From contig CDRNST010000323.1 in NCBI GenBank assembly GCA_977016875.1, positions 1,674,001 to 1,738,000 on the forward strand: 64,000 nt of DNA, read 5' to 3'. Positions 12,871 through 26,897 of the stretch are shown in pieces (position 1 is the first letter of the stretch; each line of letters opens with the position of its first letter). The position numbers and the translations under genes are program-made. Under the pieces are notes generated by a model, which did not search any database, had not been told where the DNA came from, and saw only the letters and a list, made by a program, of their open reading frames with translations. The DNA is from Pavona decussata (taxonomy: Eukaryota).

Positions 12871-14493
12871 TGTACTGTGAGCTAGTACTCGCTGAATGCC
12901 CTTCATATCCTCTCTATACTGGGTTTCCAGTGCAGGCTTTAGCAAACCGTCATTTTGTAGATAGCGCCCATTGCAATCCCTTGATCATTGCTCTTTCTTC
13001 ATGCTTCTTGAAAGGATGTACCCTTCCCCCTTATTTCTTCTCTCTCGCCCAGCTTCGCCTCCCAATACTTTTTCCGCTCTTCTAGAGTGATATATAATGC
13101 GCGTATAGTGATCCTATGGGGTCTATGTAGTTTTCTGATACTGCGAATGCATCCAAACACCCATAACCAAGCCTTTGTAGAAGCACGAAAATACAGATCT
13201 CTAACAAAGGTATTTTCCTCCTACTCAGTATTATCTTAAATTAAAGTTGTTAGGGTGTAGCATTAATTTTTTGTATCGTCGTGTTGTAATGATTTTCTCC
13301 ATTCAGTTCTCTTCCTGTATGATTTTCACCAGCATGGTTTCTGGTAGAGCATTATTGGTGTTCCTTATATCCACTCCTTTGTGAAGAGGAAATTCCTTCA
13401 CCCCCTTGTTCCTCACCTTAGTTTTCTCTGCTTCCCTGTGTTTCCTGCATTTCTGAACAGGCAAAACCTAATCATCGCGGTATAATAATAATATAATGAT
13501 AATAATAAAGACAATATGTAACGAGGGTAACACCAGAAAAGCTAACACAATGGATAATTAGGGTGGCCCTCGATAAATATAAAATATAGAATTAAATGAG
13601 AAATTTAAGCCAATTTATATGTAATATAAATTGAAGTTAATGTGACAACCATGAAACCATCTGTATCAGTCACGCAAAGTGCTAACAAGACAATGACCAC
13701 TGTGTTTAACTCTAAAGGTCAATTCGACCTCGTGCATTTGACATGCTGTCATAAGTAAGCCAATCACAATGCAGGAAGTGTCGCTGTCAATCAAAACATA
13801 AACTTCTCTCGCCTTCCCACGTGTAAAGTTCACAATTCTCCTCCATTTCAACTGTTACTTTCACAAACTACCACCCACCCACCCCCTTGACTTTTTAGTA
13901 TATTTGCCACTTACGTTAGTAGTCTTGATCTATTCCAAGTAATCAATTTATCTGGCTTTGTTTGATATAGTACCAGGCATGTTGCCGGCTTCATATTCAT
14001 GTCCACACTCCTTTGTTCCGACTTTAGTAGTTAGATAGCACAGCGCTGTTGTGGCCTTATGCAATATGTCTGCCCATTAAAGCCTTTGCAACAAAAGTTG
14101 AGATTATATTTAGCTTAGTGCTGGACTGGACTTGTGCAGCCTGTCTGCCCATTGAGATTAGAGTTTACCATTGTTACAGTTATTTAATTAGCACAGTGCC
14201 GCCTTTTACAGGCACGTCGTCTGATTATATTTCTATCTTATTCATGAGTCTCTTGTTTTACATTTTCGAATCTTATTTTGTAATAATATTTATTTCTTAA
14301 TTTATACTTTGCCAGGTTATGATTGTTTTTTTCCGCAATACGGCATTTGTTATCCAATAAATTTGGGTGGGGATGAAGTGCTCCATACAGGTCACCCTTT
14401 GCCCCATAGACTCATATGGTCAGTTGTCTTGGTAGAATGGGACCCCAGGATAGCTTTGTTACCATGGTAACAATGAGTTCATGCTAAGTTTTC

Positions 14494-14745
14494 AAGAGGA
14501 TTAGGACCTCTAAATGGCCTGGGGATTAAAACCCCGTGAGAGGATTAGAACCTCTAAATGGCCTAAGGATTAGGACCCCGTGAGAGGATAAGGACCTCTC
14601 GGTGGCCTGGTGATTGGGCCTTAGAGAGGATTAGGACCTCTCTGGATTTGGATTCCGTAGAGAGGATAAGGACCTCTAAATGGCTTGGGGATTTGACCCC
14701 ACAACAGGCTTAACACTCTCGTTGCCTAGCAACTCAACCTGTATG
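14494..14745. repeat. ~44-bp tandem repeat, 5-6 units (gagaggattaggacctctaaatggcct.gggatt..accccgt)
   Basis: Units start at ~14494, 14538, 14582, 14624, 14660. Confidence 0.9.
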
Positions 14746-15899
14746 AAGATTTATAAAGCAATTCGAGTACTTCATCCCCCTACCCCTTTTTCCCTCATAA
14801 TCTGTTGTTCTGTCTGATTTCATGGGTTGGGAGCATTAAAGAGACACAAATCAAGTTACAAGGGAATTGAACAGGTTTAAAATTAAATAAAAAGGGGAAA
14901 AAACCTATAAATTATCCCTGACTTAAATTTTTTTTAACTTGTCTAAACTATATGCCCTAGCGCCAACAGATAAGCCGGGAGTTTCAGGCATGTACTCCTC
15001 TATACAAGAAAGATCTTTGTCCTGTCTTGGTAGAGAGCTTGGTAGATAGTAATAATAAAAGCGGAGCTCCAATTTTTATCATAGCATTTATAGAAATCTG
15101 CTGAGCGTATGAACGTAATAACCTAACCAGTTCCTCATCCTTTCTGCAGTTATATATATTTTTATTGCATATGCAGCAAACTGCCCATCAACAATAACAA
15201 CGACAATGTAATACAGAGGGCAATTTTTTTTGAATGCTGATTTCTTGTAACAGAGGGCAATTTTTCTTAATTTTCCTTTCCCCGAGGGCAAAATTACTTG
15301 CTTCTGATAGGTCGAGCGGCGAAAATACTCGCTCCAGATTGGCTAAGCACGCCAGTTCTACATTTCGTTGGTTTCTTCATTTTGCGTTCAAAAATAACGA
15401 GTTCTTTCAAGTTCTTTGGAGTTCGACTGTTTAAGCCGGGTTGTTTGTACCACAAATACATGGAAATCAAGTGCTGCAGCTAGAAAGAAAATTCCTAAAA
15501 GTTAAGTTTTCGTGTCTCTTGCAAGAAACAGCAAACGATTATTTGTGTCAAAAGCTAAAAACTTCGATCGGATTGACATTTGTTTAGCTGAGAAACTGAA
15601 ATCAGTCATAGCAAACACTGAAGTGCTTTCACCTCGCTACTTCTTCTTACAACGAATGATAACCGAGCATAACAGTGTCCTTTTGATGGGAGGAAGGAGT
15701 AGGTCAAATTCAGTGGAATCGAAGAAATTACTCCCTAAGATCCACCGTTTGCTATTTTTATCGATCTGTTTTCGCTGATTTCCAAGCAGTAGGAGGCTTC
15801 ACAGCGCAGGTGAACAATAAATTGATGCCTGACATTAAGTTTTATCGTTGTTAGTTTACTCCTGAATTAAACTTATATTCTCTCTTACTTCATTACATG

Positions 15900-17500
15900 T
15901 GTAAAATTTAGAACTCAGTCAATATTGCTCCTACTGAAATCTATAGCTAAATAAACGTCAAGAAAAGGAGAACACGGGGAAATCACTCTTGGCTACTTGG
16001 CACAGATCTTTAAGTGTGTTCACAACTGAATGAGAACCGTGCGGTGCGAACGAAACTGCCCCGAAACAAAATGTTCAAAACTTAGTTTCTCCACGAATAT
16101 TTGTCCTACCGAAACGATTGAAGTATATTTGTAAAGCTTGAAACATGTAAAATAAGGAAAAAAGTTATATTGATTGTTGCTTAGAAACGCATTAGACTAG
16201 GAAACGGCAAGCAAGTTGCCTAAATTGGTAGGAGTTGCGTTCAAGTTAACAGAGTAAGAAAAATTCACCGTCGTTTGCTCATGTTCTCCCTTAATGCCTT
16301 AAATTAGGTCATTTCACGTTGTTGTTTTGTGGAGGACGGCAAAGAAATGTACCAAAATTTAATTGCGGAGCGATTGTTTTTGTTCAAATGTTGTTGCTAC
16401 CGTCGTCGTTGCTTAACAGGGTTCCCAGACTTATTTGGCGCTCGGATAAAAATGTTTGAAAAATCATAACTCAGTCAATATTACTCCTACTAAAATAATT
16501 CTGGCCCTTACAAAAATTTTAACACTTTAACGCTTGGTTGTGGCCTGAAATTTTAAAGTGTTTAAAACTTGTGCGTGTTTATAGAGTCCAAGCGCATTGA
16601 AGCAGAGGGGCGCAAATGCGTTGCATGTACACGGCTCCAAAACAAAATGTTCAAAAACTAATTTCTCTGCGAATATTGGCGGCATCGAAACGTTTAAAGT
16701 ATCTGTGTACAGGTTGAAACACGTAACATAAACAAAAAATATCGATAGTTGCCTGGAAGAAAGCATTTTCGTTTGCAAACGATTTGTAAACGGCCTTCAA
16801 ATTACACGTCATGATAATTTTTTGGTGTAATAGCAACTGAGCGGCCCGGAGAAAAATGTTTGGAAATTCAAAACTGTATCAATTCTGCTCCTGTAGTAAT
16901 AATTCTAGTCTCTATAAAATAAACGTTAACAAATGGAGAATACGGGAAAATAGTCTTTGGTGTTTGGTAGAATTATTAGAGAGCTTTTAAACTTGTGTGT
17001 GTTTACAAACACATGAGAGCCGTATGGTGCGAATGAGAAAAACACGGCCACGAAAAAATATTTTTTCAAAAATAATTTAATAAACGATTAAAGTATCTGT
17101 GTAAAGCTTTAATCACGTAACATAATGAAAAATTATCGATTGTTGTCTGGAAGAAAGCATTTTCGTTTACAAATGACCTGTAAACGGCCGTCGAATAAAG
17201 TAAACATGATATTTTCTGCGAGAGCAAGATAGCGCCCAGGGAAAAATGTTTGGAATTTTAAAACTGTGTCAATTCTGCTCCTATAGTAATAGTTCTAGTC
17301 TCTATTTTAAAATAAACGTTAACAAATGGCGAATACGGGAAAATAATCTTTGGCTTTTGGCAGAATTATTTCAGAGCTTTTAAATTCGTGTGTGTTTACA
17401 AACACATGAGAGCCGTGCGATGCGAATGAAAAAAACGGCCACGAAACAAAATGTTCAAATCCGTGAATCCGTGAATATTAGAGAAATCGCGGAGCTCTGT
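15900..17500. repeat. Degenerate tandem array, ~0.4 kb unit, ~4 copies
   Basis: aaacaaaatgttcaaa / aat(a/t)(t/c)tgctccta / taaacgt.aa.aaa.gg.gaa.acggg recur at ~15920-16080, 16470-16660, 16880-17070, 17270-17460. Confidence 0.75.
16197..16417. mobile_element. Partial MITE of the same family as 41880-42675, inserted in the array
   Basis: ggtcatttcacgttgttgttttgtggaggacggcaaagaaatgtacc..ccgtcgtcgttgcttaa. Confidence 0.55.
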
Positions 17501-18327
17501 ACGGCACGCAGCGTAGAGTGCCCACAAAGTTTATTCCATACATTAGTAGATTGGTGTTAGTACTTTTGAGTTAAAATAGACTTGACCCTAAGTCAGGTCC
17601 CACGTTTAATGCATCCTGAAGTTTAGCAGGAGGTATTTTGAAAAAATTGTAACAGTCAAAATTTCACAGAAAACAAAAGTTGAACATTTAAGTTGTTATT
17701 GACAAATGGAATTTCAATTTGTAAAATATTCAAGCTTTTTGAGCAAGGAATGACGTTTTGCCAGCGCCGGCAATGTATAGATAAATTGTAGAGTCCCCAA
17801 ACTTAAGGTAAATTGGGTAGTTTTGGGGTCACCTTGTAAACCGTCTCGCCAACAACGAAAAAAAAAAAAAACGCATTGAGCTCAGTAAATGTGATATTTG
17901 ATTATGGGATATAATGATTGATGTTCGTAGAAAAAATCAGGCAAAATCCGGTGAGGGTAAAAGGCGGAAAGAGTTTGCGGAATGGTATGTGGAATGGTGT
18001 GCGGAAAGGCAGTTTACCCTATAATTATGTAACTAACTCTGCGAATGTAGAAACTGCGTTAAACTTTGAGAATTATTTAGAGCAGAGATATATGCTACTT
18101 ACAAACAAGTTCGCTTCTAAGAGGGTACTGTCAAAAAGGCGTGCCGACTTCTGAAAAGCAGTTGAGGCACTTAGTGGTTACGATCTCAATTAAGCAAGTT
18201 AGTAACTAAGAGAACTCCATTTATTTGAAGGCAGCCTCACCTCTGTTAGCACTTATTACGTTTTCTTTTTCATTATGTTCCAAGGATGCTGCTGGTCTGT
18301 CCGATTGCCAACTTCAACCCATTATGT

Positions 18328-18648
18328 CAGTTCACTATACTAAGTTCTCAGAAGGTCTGTGTGCAAGCTTTACTCCACTAGGAGTGGAACCATGACCTGT
18401 ATTGACACTGTATCCGGTGCTTGATAGCGTTGAACTGCAATGGCTCAATGTGGTTTCCTACTTTACTAGCATCCGTGTTATTATGTTCATTTGGTAGTCT
18501 GCTTATTGTGCCGGAGTGATGTCTTCTTCCACCTACAAAAAATTGAACCAGTCAGTACCTCCAACGAGTACGAATATCAAATGGCTTTCAGCGATTTTAA
18601 ACTCGTCGGTGCAACGCAGGGGTTGTGCGCTGTGGAAAGGAGCAACTT
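18328..18648 (+). repeat. Segmental duplication, block B copy 1 (pairs with 28405-28721)
   Basis: cagttcactatactaagttctcagaagg...gaaaggagcaacttt present at both positions. Confidence 0.93.
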
Positions 18649-18649
18649 T

Positions 18650-18893
18650 ACATAGATACATAGATACATACATATATACATACATACTTTATTGAGACTC
18701 CATTCAACAGGGACTTTCAGCAACAATGTTAACTATTACATAATAATTAAGAAAAGAAAACTTATTTACGGTAATTTAATAAAATTCAAAATATGTTCAA
18801 AATTGTTCAAAAAATATATTAAAAATCATTTCGTATAAAACATATTATTTAAAAGTGTCCGCTTAAAACCATCAATTTCTTTAATGTTCTGTA
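18650..18893 (-). mobile_element. LINE 3' tail fragment at the duplication junction
   Basis: (ACAT)n plus tttatt on + strand (AATAAA and microsatellite tail on -); minus-frame QNIKEIDGFKRTLL. Confidence 0.55.
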
Positions 18894-21800
18894 TCGGTTC
18901 TTTTAAACAATATTTTTGTACGAAGTTTGCTCTGATTGCGCAAAGTGTTCATCGAGAATGCTTATGTTTTGTTTTTAGAATTGTTATTAATTGTACCATT
19001 TTACCTTTTTACAAATTACTAGATTGCGGAACGTGAAGAATGAATTACATTAAACGTTCCGTTTCTATCTTATTCAAGAGTAGCCAGAGATCGAATTAAA
19101 CTATAAAAAGATCTTCATTATACTGGATGACATGTTCCTTTAGGAGAAAATCGGGTAGATGTCAGCAAGGTTCGGATTACCAGATTGGCAGATTTATGTA
19201 GGTAAAGATTACATTGATGTATTTTCCCTTAGGAAGATGAAGAACGTACTTATAATGTGAGACATTACGCAATGGGTCCAGTTGAGAAGATGTTTTAAAA
19301 AGGAACATGTGCCCACCCCATTGTCTCATCGTCTTAGCGGGAACTAAAAGCTTTGAAAGTTTTGTGAAATATGAAATGACTCCATCATAGTCGTGTTCTC
19401 GGAAGCGAGATGAAAACCGAGGCACTGTTCACTTTCAGTGGGGTAGGGTAGAAAAAAAAATGCCTTTATTTACCGTGAGTAAATCAAGTGAGTGGAAAGG
19501 ATAATACAAAAAAAGGCCACTTCGGAGGATTGAGGTGGAGCGGGGAGAGAGCGCTGAGTACAAATAATCATATTTTTAAAATTGCGTTGGCGTTGATCCC
19601 GCCCTGCTAATAGTGGCTAATAAGATTTTGCAGTTTCTCTCAAATAGTTTTGCGGATTCCGCCTTCCAGATTTCCGGATCCTCGTATTCCACAGTTTTGG
19701 GATTTATTGCTTTGCATACGCCTTCCACTGGCGAAAACCGATCCGCAGTAGGGTAGGGCGGGGCAGTGGTGCAGCTTTTGAACTTAGCTGAGATTTTTGT
19801 CCAAATACCCATTGCAGGGAATTTGTGGATGGTCAAACGAGTCTTTAAATGTCTGAAAAAAATTGTCAGACAGTCCACTAAAACGGTCAAAAATCTATAT
19901 TGCGTCACATTCCTCGACTGTACCTCTCCTTTTCCTCACAGGAGGCGGGGTATGGTCAATTAAGGTTTGGTGCATAGTTAATTTCCGTGACTTCTTCAAT
20001 GCAAGAAGACAATTTTGGGGAAAAGTTGGGAACTTTTTCGTCGACACAAATTGAATTCGCAGGGAGACAAAACTTATATACATTGAAAGCATTTCATGTG
20101 GTCTTCAGTTTGCGATCGAGGAACAAAGATTCCGATCCCAGCAAGAAACATCAGCCTTCAGAGAAGATTAGCTGTTTGCATGAACCGGCAGAGAAGGTCA
20201 GTATGGCGTATCGCTGTAGTTGTTTAAAGGAGGAGTCCTCATGTATTACAGTTCGTTCAACCCTAAGACCCCTACGAATCAAAAGAATTTTCAGAACTCA
20301 AAACCTTAGAGCAAGGATAGTGGACTTCAAACCACCAGAAGTTTTTCAGTGATCAAGACAATTTGAATACATTTTCCTATATAAACAAGGTGAGAGGGAA
20401 CAACATAGTATTTGTGACGCTTCATTGGGTCACGGTAAAGAATAGGCGAAAATCGCATATTTATTTTTCGCACAAAAGGAAGTAAATAAAACAAATCAAT
20501 TGCACCATGTGGAAATGTTTTGCAGTATCGTTAATACATATCTACGAAAGTGACTACAATTTAGGATTTCACTGAGGCGGTGACTACGCTGAACCAGTAA
20601 CAGAATCTCTGATCGTGTTTGAATCATTTTTAATAATGACATATGCGACAGATTGATTCGATAAAACGTTGTCTTCTGGAACGGCTTTTGAGTTTTGCCG
20701 CATTTACTATTTCAAAAGAAAATGAATGGAACTGAATCGATGTTCCACTAATCCTGTTATTGCAATAGGCTTTGCTCAGTGCCTAATCTTTGCTCTATTT
20801 GCATTTTTCACCTTTAAGTAAATGGATTCAACTTATACCAGTTGAATATTTATTGCGAAATAATGACATTTTCACTAGAAAAAAGCAAGCATGTTTTGCG
20901 GCGTGCCCATAGCATGCAAATGCTTGACTTTATGCTGGAGCCGTAACAGAGACTCTACTGATTGATACAAACAATCAGTTATGTGGTAATTATATGTTCT
21001 GTGTGTTTTTGGGTTCAATCTATAGCTAAATTCTAGTACTTGCAATTGACCACTAGAATTTAAATTTTAATAGTTTGGCTCATTTCGTGAATGGATTCGC
21101 TATTGGTGAGATCTTCTAGAACGAAGAAAGGCTTCTGTGGAATGATGCCAATTTATACAAAAAGGTCATGCAGAAGACAACCGCACGTTCTCCACTGCGC
21201 GAAGGTGCATTCGTTGTGCTTTTGAAGGCATTTTTTATTGCTCCTAACTGAAACTCAATGTTATTCCCTTTACGAATATCAAATAATTTTGTGTTAATTG
21301 CGACGGAGGCCACATGCCTCGCTTAATATAAACTGACCTGCTGTTTGTGCATGAACTTGTAGGACTAGTGACTAGTGGCTTTCCGTGGCAGACAGAGAAG
21401 ATGTTTTTAGCCACTGCTTAGCCGAGGGACTGATCATGAGTAAAAAGATTATTAAACTAAAAAAAAAAAAAAAAAGAGGTGAAAGAGGGTCGTGGATTAT
21501 GTGTGTGTTAAACAACAGTAGGCTAATGGCCGCAAATGATTTAAATTTTTAACTTACTTCCAGATTACCAACCTCAGGTTTTTATTGTGAACGTCCTTCG
21601 CTACGTGTTCCCTAATTTTAAAAGAATAATTTTCTCGGTTTTCATTTGTCCGTCTGTCACGTTTAAAGATAGCTCATACACTTGCGTGTGAATCAAATCA
21701 TTCACTAGCTCATCCATTCTTTATTTCGTAGTAATTATACGTTCTGTTTCTTTTTGGTTCAACCTATTGCTAAATTCTAGTATGACCGCGAGAATCTTTA

Positions 21801-24800
21801 TAATTGTTTTGAATTTTGATATTTTTAGAACTATAGTGACTCGTTTCGTGAGCGGAGATCTTCTAGAGCGAAGAAGGTTGAAATGATAGCAATTTATGCA
21901 AAAACTGACATGAGGTCATGGCCACAAGACAACCGCGTCTACTTCACTGCGCGAAGGTACATTGACTGTGCTTTTGAAGCACATTTATTACTTCTAGCTG
22001 AAAATAAATGTTGCTTCCTTTAGGAGTATAAAATAATTTGTCTTAATTGTGACCGTGGCCGCAATAAAACTTGCAGTTTGTGCATGAACTTGTACGACTT
22101 GTGGCTTTCCGTGTAGTGTTAATCCTTTGGAGTACTAGCGGCAGTGAAGATGTTTCTAGCCACTGTTTAGCCGAGGGACTGATTATGAGTAAAAAGATGA
22201 TTAAATTTGCGGTGGAAGAGGTGCGTGGATTATTCAAGTGAAAATTACGTGTTACGTAATTTTAAAAAGAGAATTTTCTCGGTCTTAATTTTTCCGTCTG
22301 TCACGTTTCAAGATAGCTGATGCACTTGCGTGTGAATCAAATAGACCAAATAATTCACTAGCTCATCCATTCTTGATTTCGTAAAAATTAATCACTGGGG
22401 AAATGACTTGCGAGTCGATCCTGTTAGTTTGTCTTCGGCATAGTATTTTTTTTTTCGAATGACGTTTTTACCAGAGAAAGCAGGCATGTTTTGCGGCATG
22501 CCCATAGCAAATACTTGACTTTATAATGGAGCGTAAACAGAGACTTCTATCGATCGATACAAACGCAATTATGTGGTAATTATATGTTCTGTTTCTTTTT
22601 GGGTTCAATCTATAGCTAAATTCTAGTATGCCGGCCTGCTAGAATCCTAATAAATGTTTTATATTTTGATACTTTTAGAACCACAGTGGCACGTTTCGTG
22701 AATGGAGATCTTCTAGAACGGAGAAGGTTGGAATGATAGCAATTTAATATGGAATGAAAAGGTCATGGCCAGAAGACAACCACGTCTAGTCCACTGCGCG
22801 AAGGTACATTGACTATGCTTTTGAAGCACATTTATTACTTCTAACTGAAAATAAATGTTCCTCCCTTTAGGAGTATAAAATGATTTGTCTTAATTTGACC
22901 GAGACAACATTAAAACTTGCAGTTTGTGCATGAACTTGTAGGACTAGTGGCTTTCCGTGTAGTCAGATTAATCCTTTGGAATACTAGAGGCAGTGCAGAT
23001 GTTTTTAGCCACTGTTTAGCCGAGGGAATGATCGTGAGTAAAAAGATCATTAAATGTGAGGTGGAAGAGGTGCGTGGATTATTATGTGAGAGGTCATGAA
23101 AATTCCAGTAACAAGTGAATTACTCTTCAAGATACCGATTAAAGTATATATTTGTGTTTTAAACAACAGTAGGGTCATGGCCGCAAATGATTTTATTTTA
23201 AACTTACTTCAAGATTGCCAACTTCAGGTTTTTACTGAGAAGGTCCTTCGCTACGTGTTAAACCTGATTTTAAAAAGAGAATTTTCCCGGTGTTCACTTT
23301 TTCCGTCTGTCACGTTTCAAGATAGCTGATGCTCTTGCGTGTGAATCAAATAATTCACTAGCTCATCCATTCTTGATTTTGTAAAAATTAATCACTGGGG
23401 AAATAACTTGCGAGTCGATCCTTTTAGTTTGTCTTCAGCATAGTATTTTTTTTTGCGAATGACGTTTTTACCAGAGCGTAAAGGAAGCATGTTTTGCGGC
23501 ATGCCAATAGCAAATACTTGACTTTATACTGGAGCGTAAACAGACTCCATCGATCGATACAAACGCAATTATGTGGTAATTTTATGTTCTGTTTTGTTTT
23601 TGTTCTGTTCAATCTATAGCTAAATTCTTGAATGAATTCTAGAATCCTAATAAATGTTTTATATTTTGATATTTTTAGAACCACAGTCTCCCGTTTCGTG
23701 AAAGGAGATCTTCTAGAACGAAGAAGGTGGAATGATGCCAATTTAATGTGCACAAATTAGGTCTTGCAGAAGCGTGTACTCCACTGCGCGAAGGTGCATT
23801 CGCTGTGCTTTTGAAGGCATTTTTTGTTACTTATTTCTTGCTGAAAGTAAATGTTCTTCACGTTAGGAGTATAAAATAATTTGTCTCAATTGCGACCGAG
23901 GCCGCATGCCTCGCTTAATATAAAACCTGCAGTTTGTGCATGAACTTGTAAGACTAGTAGCTTTTCGTGTAGAGGCAGTGAAGATGCTTTTAGCTACTGT
24001 TTAGCCGAGGGACTGACCATGAGTAAAAAGATTATTAAAGTTAAAAAAAATTGAGGTGAAAGAGGTGCGTTGATTATTCAAGTGAAAATGTGAGACGTCA
24101 TGAAAACTTCACTGAGTAACCAGTGGAATAAACAGCGTCATGTTAATCAGTGCAGAGGGGAGAAAAGTATATTTCTTCAGGAGACTGGCGTTTCTACGTT
24201 TACCACACAAATAAATATATATTTTGAATGAGCTCAAGCTATTTAGGTTATTTTCTTTAAGACTTTAAGACTTAAGAGTTGACTTTATTGGGCAGCCTTA
24301 ACAACAAAAACAGCAACATATGCAAAAGGAAGAAAATTGTTACTTCACCAGACGAAAAAAAAAATTGTTTATCACTAGTAGAATTGTTCGACTCAAATAG
24401 GCTTTTTTTAATTCGGTGCTGTCCATACATACACTTTATTTGACAACGCAGGTTTACAAACGTGACAGCCAAAGGCTGATGTGGACCTGCCCAAAGTAAA
24501 CTAACGAAGTTACAAAAATTAAATAATGCCAAAAAATGTGTTACAACATCTGTGCGAATGTGTATTGCATATGTATGATTAAGAAAACTAAAAGGAGATG
24601 GATTTGTTGTATATATGTGATAATGGCTGCCAACTGACCATTTGTAGGACTTTCGTGTGGTCTCAATTGCTTGGTAATCGATGGATAAATTTAGCTGCTT
24701 TAACTTGTGATTGATGAGAAATGGAAAAACGTTAATTGACTTGGGTCAATGTGAATCGATGGAACTCTTTAAATCAATTAAACGAAGAATTCTCACAGCT

Positions 24801-26897
24801 TTTAATAGAAATTCCATGTCGCTGAGGAATATGTATTCGTTACATTTCTTCTTATACTGTTGCTTTAAATGCAATTGTTAATCTTAACACTGCCTCCAAC
24901 TGTAGTGCATTAGTTTCACACAACTGTTTGATGAGCACGAATTGTCGTGTAAAGTTCTACCACTTGCTTCTCTAATAATTAGTAAAAAGTGGGGATCTCC
25001 TTTTTCCTTCAAGTGCATGATTTGTGCCGAGTATATATCGACCAATACCTTACACAGAAAACCAGACAATTTGGCAAATAACAACATGCATGGATGTTCG
25101 GACAATTTTGTCAAATAAAAGGATACCAAATTTTTTTTGCTAATCAGTATACAGAAGTATGGAGAACTGAATAAGTCGGCTAAGGTAAGGTAAAACAAGC
25201 TGCTAATAAATTTCACCAGCTTTCAAAACCCCAAGTGAGGTTGAATTTCGCAATGACGTTCGTTCTGATTTTTATGTTGCTCATTGAGGAATTAAAAAAA
25301 AAACAGTTTTATGGCACTGACATGCAGTCAAACGAGATTGTCTAAAGAGATTCAGTTTAAATTCAATTGTTGATTCCGTAATCCTGAAGTTTGCGGTGCC
25401 GTTTCCTCTGGACGTTCTCGGCGTTACTATAGTGAACATATTCCGTGATTTTCGGGCCCACCCTCCTGAGTGAAATGAAAATGACCTTTGCGTGGCATTA
25501 TAAGTTCCTACTTGTGCAAGACAAATGTTCTCTGGTAATTGGCGTGGCATTTTTCGATCAGTTGACATTTCATGAACGTTATTGTGGAGGCTTCGCAGCC
25601 AGATCCTGTTGATAGTTAAAAGTTGAAAGTTAAGGCGTATGTATGTTTCTTAGAACAGAATGATTTTCTTGAAAAATGTAACGCGTTTAAGAGATAAACA
25701 AATCGCGGTAGCAGTCAGTCGAAACTGTCTGGTATGATCGCAGTGTCTTCGCCCTTAGTTGCTTAATAGCGTCGACAAGGCAACTGTATTAATTCAGGCA
25801 ATTCCTATCATTAATTGGCTACTGTTATGTCATTTGCTATAGGAACAAATAGACATATTTAACTTACGGGCAGTAATTGAACTAAAAATTCCCACTTGAA
25901 GCCTTTCCCAGATGAAATCAGACTCTTGTTAGGCTGACGTCGTTTGGCTGCACCAGTTTAAGCATTCAACAGTGATCCTGGCAAAGTCAAATCAGTCCAG
26001 CTGGATCATTTGTTTGATATCGTAATCCTTGAATCCGCACTTTAGTGGAAACAATCTCGCGTGAGTTAGGAATGGTTCCAAAGAGAGTCATATTTATAAG
26101 CAGCATTGTACGTTTGACATACGTAACCCATTAACAAATGGCAAACTTGATTGATTTTCAAGTCTCGTATTTCAGTAACAAACTCTAGGGCGTTGTAATG
26201 TTATGGTGATCGTGGTTGTTTTTTGACCAAAAGTACATTCATAAGTCTTCCTTACATCGGAAATTCTGCATGCAAAAGATTGTAACAGATCTAGACCACA
26301 GTTAGGCCAGTAATTCGTTTGTACGATATCAGCTTCACAGTGATATACATCTCTTGCGCAATGTTGGCTTGCAGGCGGCTTCGGTTTCAGTTTAATGTTG
26401 CTGTCATTAATAAATGAATGAATGAATGCTCGACGTGACACGAGTTGTACTAGCGACATCATTTTGCGAGTTCATGTCTTTCTAAGAGAGATTCCCCAAA
26501 CTTGTCACAACGTAGCTCGGGCCGGGCTCATCTGAATTTGTAGTATCGATGAGATTAGTGTATATCAGCGGCATGGAATCCTCCTTCTCTGGGTCAAAAG
26601 CTGCCGGCCTCCTTTATCGATCAAACGTCCCATTACAGGCAGATATCGTCTGTATTCTTATCATCTCCAGCCACAGGGCTTGGCTCGTGTAAGAAAACCG
26701 TACGCGCTCTGTGTTCTGTGCATTCCTTTGGATTAGCAAATCGTTCTAATTGGCAAAGAAAAATTTGGTTGGGTATGTCTTTCCTCCCTCTTCGTGGGGG
26801 ATAAATCCTTTCACTTCTTCCTCTGTTCAGCTCCGTCATGTTGCTGTCCCCCCCCCCCCCCCCCCGCAATTGGGTTCGTATTGCCGATTATGTTATC
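18894..26897 (+). repeat. Segmental duplication, block A copy 2
   Basis: Colinear with 938-12048, with many substitutions and indels and fewer tandem units. Confidence 0.95.
20870..24130 (+). repeat. Same tandem array in duplicate copy, 4 units
   Basis: Core at ~21198, 21949, 22798, 23788. Confidence 0.95.

Noticed and set aside
14494-14745. CRISPR-like regular palindromic repeats
   Set aside because: The intervening sequences are homologous to each other (no unique spacers), there are no cas genes, and the context is eukaryotic
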